NCBI GenBank assembly: GCA_951406725.2
Contig: OX597837.1
Coordinates: 35,030,001 to 35,094,000 of the forward strand
Source: Octopus vulgaris
Taxonomy: Eukaryota
Direction of reading: 5' to 3'
DNA length: 64,000 nt
The notes under the pieces were generated by a model. The model was not told the DNA's origin. It saw only the letters and a program-made list of their open reading frames with translations, and did not search any database. The position numbers and the translations under genes were made by a program. This document shows, piece by piece, positions 56,705 to 64,000 of this stretch. Within the stretch, counting starts at the first letter, position 1, and every line of letters starts with the position of its first letter.

Positions 56705-56787
56705 CCCTAGGCATTAAGAGCCACTGATGAGAATTATGGCGATCTGCACCAAAATTCGAAATCATGATAAAGCAGTGTATGCTAGGG
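56705..56787 (+). ncRNA. Type I hammerhead fold with intact core and degenerate proximal helix I
   Basis: CTGATGA 56724-56730, gaatt/aattc helix II, GAAA 56758-56761, palindrome A-TCATGA-T, then A; distal ccctag(g)cat/atgctaggg pairing. Confidence 0.55.
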
Positions 56788-57078
56788 ACTTACCTCTCTT
56801 TGTCAGTCATTAAGTATAGTGCTTTAGTAGCTTTAGAGTTAATTTAACTCTTATTTTAGCACAAGTGGTGCTAGTCAGCACCCTCCATCACTTTTGTGAC
56901 CGCCATTAATTATGCCTTTGGGTTCTAATTGGTAATAAGCTTATTGGTTGGTTGCGTTTTAGGTATAAGGGAATATATTCTCAATGCACCTTGAGAATAT
57001 ATCTTCCTACACCTAAAACACAGCTGACCCACAAACTAACAATAGACACCTTATGTATATAAAATATATATATATATA

Positions 57079-57449
57079 TGGAAGCACTCCGTCGGTTACG
57101 ATGACGAGGGTTCCAGTTGATCCGAATCAACGGAACAGCCTGCTCGTGAAACTAACGTGTAAGTGGCTGAGCACTCCACAGACACGTGTACCCTTAACGT
57201 AGTTCTCGGGGATATTCAGCGTGACACAGAGAGTGACAAGGCCGGCCCTTTGAAATACAGGTACAACAGAAACATGAAGTAAGAGTGAGAGAAAGAGTAC
57301 AGCAGGGATCACCACCATCCCTGCTGGAGCCTCGTGGAGCTTTTAGGTGTTTTCGCTCAATAAACACTCACAACGCCCGGTCTGGGAATCGAAACCGCGA
57401 TCCTACGACCACGAGTCCGCTGCCCTAACCACTGGGCCATTGCGCCTCC
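57079..57449 (-). mobile_element. SINE family C
   Basis: Near-identical to 34455-34838 with a short internal deletion. Confidence 0.9.
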
Positions 57450-57936
57450 GATATATTTATATATATATATAAATATACACACCAGCGCAACCGTTGATCT
57501 AGACATGTTTCATCTATTTCTTTCTCCTTTTCTTTTTCCTTTTTCCACCTGTTTTCTTCCTCATTCCTTTCCGCAGAAGAGCATAGGCTCAAAATGTCAA
57601 AGAGTCTTTCATTTTTCCTAAATGTCAAACTAATACGCTTTGTTTGTTGTTCCCTCCCTGTCTCTGCCTTTTGTTTTTTTATAATTTGTACAATTTTGAA
57701 CTCTGGTATATATGAGTAGGGTGGGGTGCTGAAAATTTCCTGGCTTTAAGGATATCACAAAAGGCCTAGTTGGAGGCCCAACCATCCAGGTTCTTTTATA
57801 GGACTTGGAAAAACTGAAGGACCATTACAAAAAGTCTTTTAATATGAGAGAGGAATATGTGGAATAAAATCATAATTAACCGATCCTCCTATAGTTCCTT
57901 TTACAGCACTCCCTCATGTGTGTGTGTGTGTGTGTA

Positions 57937-59203
57937 TCATCATCATCATGGTTTAAGGTCTGTTTTCCATGCTAGCATGGGTTGGACGGTGCAACCGGGG
58001 TCTGGCAAACCAGGAGGCTGCACCAGGCTCTCCAGTCTGATCTGGCAGTGTTTCTACAGCTGGATGCCCTTCCTAACGCCAACCACTCCGCGAGTGTAGT
58101 GGATGCTTTTTACGTGCCATCGGCACAGGGGGCAGGGGAGGCTGGCAAATGGTCACAATCGATTGGTGCTTTTTACATGCCACTAGCATGGAAGCCAGTC
58201 AATGGCAGCACTGGCATTGGTCACGTTCGGATGGTGCTTTCTACGTGCCACCGGCAAGGGTACCACAACTACAATTTCCATTTGATTTTTATTTTGATGT
58301 TGATGTATTTGACTCAATAGGTCTCCTCAAGCACAGCAGGTTGCCCTACGATCCAAGGTAAGCACAGCAGGTTGCTCTATGATCCAAAGTACTTTTGAAT
58401 GGGCTGGGGCTGGTTATGCGAAACTGGTGTAGGATACAGCCTTGAACTAACTTTATTTGTCGGGTCTTTGCAGTCACAGCATATCTCTAGAGGTCTCGGT
58501 TTTTTGTCATTGCCTCTGTGAGGCCCAATGTTCGAAGGTCATACTTGACCACCTCATCCCATGTCTTCCTGGGTCTACCTCTACCCCAGATTCCTCCAAC
58601 TGTTTGGGAGTGGCACTTCTTCATATATCTCTCCTCATCCATCTGTAGTACATGACCATACCAGCACAAACGTCTTTCTTGCATGCCACATCTGATGCTT
58701 CTTATGTCTAACATTTCTCTCAGGGGGCTTACACTCTGTTATGTGTGCACACTGACATTACACATCCAGCGGATCATGTTAGCTTCATTTCTTTCGAACC
58801 TACGCATGTCCTCCGCAGTCATGGTCCATGTTTCACTGCCGTGAAGCATGGAAACTCGCACACATGCATCGTACAATCTACCTTTCACACTGAGCGAGAG
58901 GCCCTTTGTCACCAGTAGGAGTAGAAGTTTTCTAAACTTTGCCCAGGCTATTCTTATTCTAGTGGTAACACTCTCTGAGCATCCACCCCAACTACAAACT
59001 TGGTCACCTAGATAGTGGAAGCTATCAACTACTTCTAGTTTCTCCCCCCTGGAGTGTGATGGAACCTGTTTTCTGAGCATCTGTGGTGTTTATTGCTCCT
59101 GTGCATCTGCCGCACACGAAAGCTATCTTCTCGGTTAATCTTCCTTTGATGTTGCTGCACTTCTTATGTGTCTGTAGCTTACTATGGGTACATCTTATGG
59201 AGT
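57937..59203 (-). mobile_element. 5'-truncated RTE LINE (ORF remnant with PHD-like finger, 3' UTR, (tga)n tail)
   Basis: EKLEVVDSFHYLGD...RIRIAWAKFR...LHGSETW...RRLCWYGHVLQM...GRGRPRKTW, with frameshifts. Confidence 0.93.
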
Positions 59204-59578
59204 AATGAGTCTTTGAGTGCAGGTATAATTCAAAGCTAACAGTGTGAAGTTGATGTGAAAGACAAGGAGCTGTTCATAATGTAGCAAGTTGAGAACGATT
59301 AAAAATTTAGAGCTAGCAGCGCGAAAGAGTATGAAAAAGCAGTGAGGCTGTTCCATGTTGAAAGAGAGGTGTTGCTCTTCTGCTGTCTATCCGCAAGCTG
59401 ATTAAAACACGTGCTTCACTTCATGGGTAGAGAACTACCTCTAGTATTCGTATGCGCCCAGCCCTGATTGGTTGGAGAATGCCATAGCGCAACTGTCCTA
59501 TGATGTGACAACTAAAATAGCTTTCCTAATATGCTACAATTTAAACATGACTATCTGTATAATACTAAAAGTCTGTGA

Positions 59579-60130
59579 TTGCTTGCTTGTGTGCTTGTCT
59601 GTAATTTAATACAGCCAAACTGGCACATAATGGGGAAATACTCTGAAAGTAAAGTACTCCTGAAATATGAATATAAACAGAATAATACAAGTTTTGCATA
59701 ATGCAGACTACAGATTCTCAAGATATGCTGCTTTTTGGGGTTTGTTTCTACAAATTTAAGCAGTGAAACCTGGAGTTATTGCCCTTTACTGTGAACACCT
59801 GGATAATTTTGCTTGCTTGCTTGCTTGCATGTGTGCTTGACTGTAATTTAATACAACCAAAACGGTGCATAATAGGAAAATACTCTGAAAGTAAGGTACC
59901 CCTGACTTGGGAATGCAAACGGTATAAGATAAGTTTCACATAAGTCAGACCACGAGTTCCCGAGATACGTGGTTTTTGCGGGTACCTTTATAAATAGCCA
60001 AACCGGTACATGCTTTGGGAAAATGCTTTGAAAGTAAGGTGTCATTGAAATGTAAATACAAATGGAATAAAACAAGTTTCACATGAATCAGACCATGGGT
60101 TCCCAGTATACGTGGTTTTTCAGGTACCTT
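59579..60130. repeat. Three diverged tandem units with a core of about 140-150 bp
   Basis: ccaaa...aaatactctgaaagtaag...aagttt.cata...cagac...gatacgtggttttt recurs near 59579, 59809 and 59989. Confidence 0.8.
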
Positions 60131-60489
60131 GAACTGCTGGTGACCCAACAAGTCCCGAGTAATCTAGTACATACCATAAAACTTTTCAGTTTGGTGGTAG
60201 CAGAAGAACGATTAAGCAAAAGACCCAAAACACTGAAGGAATTATTAGTAAGTTTGGATGTAGATGGAGACAACTGTCGTTAATATTAGAAGACCTGGAG
60301 GCTGTTTGAACCCTATACCTCGATCTGAGGTGTATTTGGGCTTTTTTTTTTTGAGTGAAAAGAAGAGAGAAATAGGATCAGGGGACAGAAAAAGAAAAAG
60401 CGGGAGATGAGGCAGTTTTGAAAACAGGGAGGAACGAAGGGGTGTTTGTGCATGCATAAACATTCCTTCGTGCATGTATAAAAATTATC

Positions 60490-60612
60490 TCTCTATCTAT
60501 CTATCTATCTTTCTATCTATTTAGCTATCTATCTATCTATCTATCTATCTTTCTATCTATTTAGCTATCTATCTATCTATCTATTTAGCTATCTATATAT
60601 CTATCTATTTAG

Positions 60613-60658
<46 letters not shown>

Positions 60659-60751
60659 GTCTATCATCTACCTATCTATCTTTCTATCTATATATCTATC
60701 TATCTATCTATCTATCTATCTACCTATTTATCTATCTATCTATCTATTTAG

Positions 60752-60785
<34 letters not shown>

Positions 60786-60829
60786 GTCTATCTATCTATC
60801 TATCTATCTATCATCTACCTATCTATCTT

Positions 60830-60861
<32 letters not shown>

Positions 60862-60878
60862 CCTATCTATCTTTCTAC

Positions 60879-60920
<42 letters not shown>

Positions 60921-60923
60921 ATG

Positions 60924-60954
<31 letters not shown>

Positions 60955-60958
60955 TTAG

Positions 60959-61016
<58 letters not shown>

Positions 61017-61068
61017 ATCTATCTTTCTATCTATCTTTCTATCTATCTATCTATCTATTTAGCTATCT
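60490..61068. repeat. (CTAT)n microsatellite
   Basis: Directly visible. Confidence 0.95.
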
Positions 61069-61477
61069 ACACACACACATACACACCATGTTTGATGGTA
61101 ATTTTTGTCACACTCCATGTGTGTGTGTGTGTTGTTGTGAATGAATGAATGAAGAAATTAAATAAGAATTATTACGTAGTTAGAGACCGACGTAAACGGA
61201 CAAAAGGAGAGATAATGACAGATAAAGTACAATGTCGAGAGACGGAGAGAGAGAGAGAGAAGAAGATACAATTAGATTAATTGACTAAGAAAAGAAAGAA
61301 AGAAAGAAAGAGAGTAAGACACCAAAAACAAAAGCGAATCGAATGAAAAGTGACAGTTTGAGAATAACTATTTCAATAAACGTTTGGAGGTGAAGAAAGT
61401 AAGTAAAATAAATATGAGAGAGAAGGGGAGATATTTGAGTTAGGAATGCGTAAAATGAAGGAAGAGGGGGAGATGGG

Positions 61478-61891
61478 TGACAGCTGACTTGGCAGACACC
61501 CATAAAATTATCAACCATCTTACAAACAATAACTCTGAGCACCTTTTCAAACTCCACCCATCTAACACCCGTGGACATGTTTACAAAGTCAGAAAACAGC
61601 ACAGCTCCCATGACTTCAGGAAACATTTTTTCAAGCTGAGAGTTGCTGAAGCATGGAACAAACTGCCGGCATCAGTTGTTAGTTGTCGGAGCACTGCATC
61701 CTTCAAAACTTCCATGCTTTCTGAGATTCGCCAACACTACACCTGATTTTCTCCCCTCCATACACACACGAGCATGTATCTGACTCATACATTGTTCGCT
61801 TTCCAGACATTTCCACATTACTGCATGTACTTTATATGCACTTTCTGACAAGTTGTGGTGCACCTGAGCACTGTATACAATAATTTCATTA
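61478..61891 (+). mobile_element. CR1/L2-like LINE 3' fragment
   Basis: DLADTHKII...LFKLHPSNTRGHVYKVRK...FRKHFFKLRVAEAWNKLPASVVS...ASFK, a typical CR1-group C-terminus; further tail scraps near 42625 and 43030. Confidence 0.9.
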
Positions 61892-62051
61892 TATATTATA
61901 TATAAAAAATATTAAAAAATAGTGTAAGAGAATGGATGTAAAGATGTGTTTGAAAATGGGTTCGAATGAGAACGGATTGGGAGAAAATGTAAGGAAAATA
62001 TTAGTTTCAGATTTTGGGTCGAGGTCAGGAGGTTCGAGAAAGGAGGCTTAG

Positions 62052-63029
62052 TTGATTAGTGTTCAACTGGCATTTAGTCTATCGACCCCGAAAAGTATGA
62101 AAGGCAAAGTCGACTTCGGCGGGATTTGAACTCAGAACGTAAAAACGGACGAAATGCCGCTATACGTTTCTCCCGGTGTGCTAACGTTTCTTATTTCTTT
62201 ACTGTCCACAAGGGGCTACACACAGAGGGGCAAACAAGGACAAACGGATTAAGTCTATTATATTGACCACAGTGCGTAAGGCAAAGTCGATCTCGACGGA
62301 ATTTGAACTCAGAACATAGCGGCAGACGAAATACCTATTTCTTTACTACCTACAAGGGGCTAAACACAGAGGAGACAAACAAGGAGAGACAGAGGGATTA
62401 AGTCGATTATATAGACCCCAGGGCGTAACTGGTACTTAATTTATCGACCCCGTAAGGATGAAAGGCAAAGTCGACCTCGGCGGAATTTTAACTCAGAACG
62501 TAACGGCAGACAAAATACCGCTGAGCATTTCGCCCGGCGTGCTAACGTTTCTTATTTCTTTACTACCCACAAGGGGCTAAACACAGAGGGGACAAACAAG
62601 GACAGACAAAGGGATTAAGTCGATTACATCGACCTCAATGCGTAACTGGTACTTAAACTGGTACAAAGTTGGCCTTGGCAGAATTTGAACTCAGAATGTA
62701 GCGGTAGACGAAATACCGCTAAGCATTTCACCCGGTGTGCTAACGTTTCTGCCAGCTCGCCGCCTTCCAAGTTGATTATATCGACCCCAGTGCGTAACTG
62801 GTACTTATTTAATTGACCCCGAAAGGATGAAAAGCAAAGTCGACCTCGGCGGAATTTTAACTCAGAACGTAACGGCAGACGAAATACCTATTTCTTTATT
62901 ATCCACAAGGGGCTAAACACAGCGGACAAACAAGGACAGACATAGGTATTAAGTCGATTACATTGACCCCAAAATACCGATAAGCATTTCGCCCGTCGCG
63001 GGCTAACGTTTCTGCGACCTCGCCGCCTT
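62052..63029 (-). mobile_element. Concatemer of about 6 partial SINE family B units
   Basis: Head-to-tail units with junctions at 62190/62191, 62335/62336, 62551/62552 and 62888/62889. Confidence 0.9.
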
Positions 63030-63298
63030 TCAACGTGAGGAAACTATTGACAGAGAATAGAATAAAGGACGTGAGAAGACTTGAGCTAATAATATACAAG
63101 TCGATAGAGAAATTAGAAGAGGCGGGGAAGAGAGGGAGAAAAGTGCAATGAAGGAGAGGGGGAGAGAAGAGGATAGAGGGGGGATTAATTGGTAGACTGA
63201 TTGACATAGAAATTAGGAAAGAGGGAGAAAGAGAGCGGTGGGGGGGGGAGGCTAAAGAGAGCAGAAAGAAAAGCGATACGCAATAGAAAGTACAATAA

Positions 63299-63945
<647 letters not shown>

Positions 63946-64000
63946 GTGGCATAGTACACATACACAGCAACACGTAGAGACAGAGAGAGAGAGAGAGAGA

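Overview
Eukaryotic, AT-rich window saturated with microsatellites and repeats. The SINE/LINE repertoire and (TA)n/(CA)n density look like a coleoid cephalopod, most likely Octopus (recognised from memory, not searched). Nearly all ORFs in the track are microsatellite translation artefacts. Supportable content: (i) four tRNA-headed SINE families (labelled A-D here), with nested and concatenated copies; (ii) 5'-truncated LINE fragments (RTE, RTE-BovB-like, CR1/L2-like) and short non-autonomous RTE-tail elements; (iii) MITE remnants; (iv) a probable first coding exon of a host gene on the minus strand (50273-50358, MTTTNRNNSGKRPSLKEMAFEKFGFAQR) inside a CpG-retaining, promoter-like domain, which would make much of the left of the window intronic. 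The most interesting signal is a set of short unique islands between microsatellites that carry type-I hammerhead ribozyme folds with palindromic helix III. One has a fully canonical core (35796-35900) and several are degenerate. Two near-perfect inverted duplications lie in similar islands. Together these suggest several families of Penelope-derived or retrozyme-like self-cleaving mini-elements.
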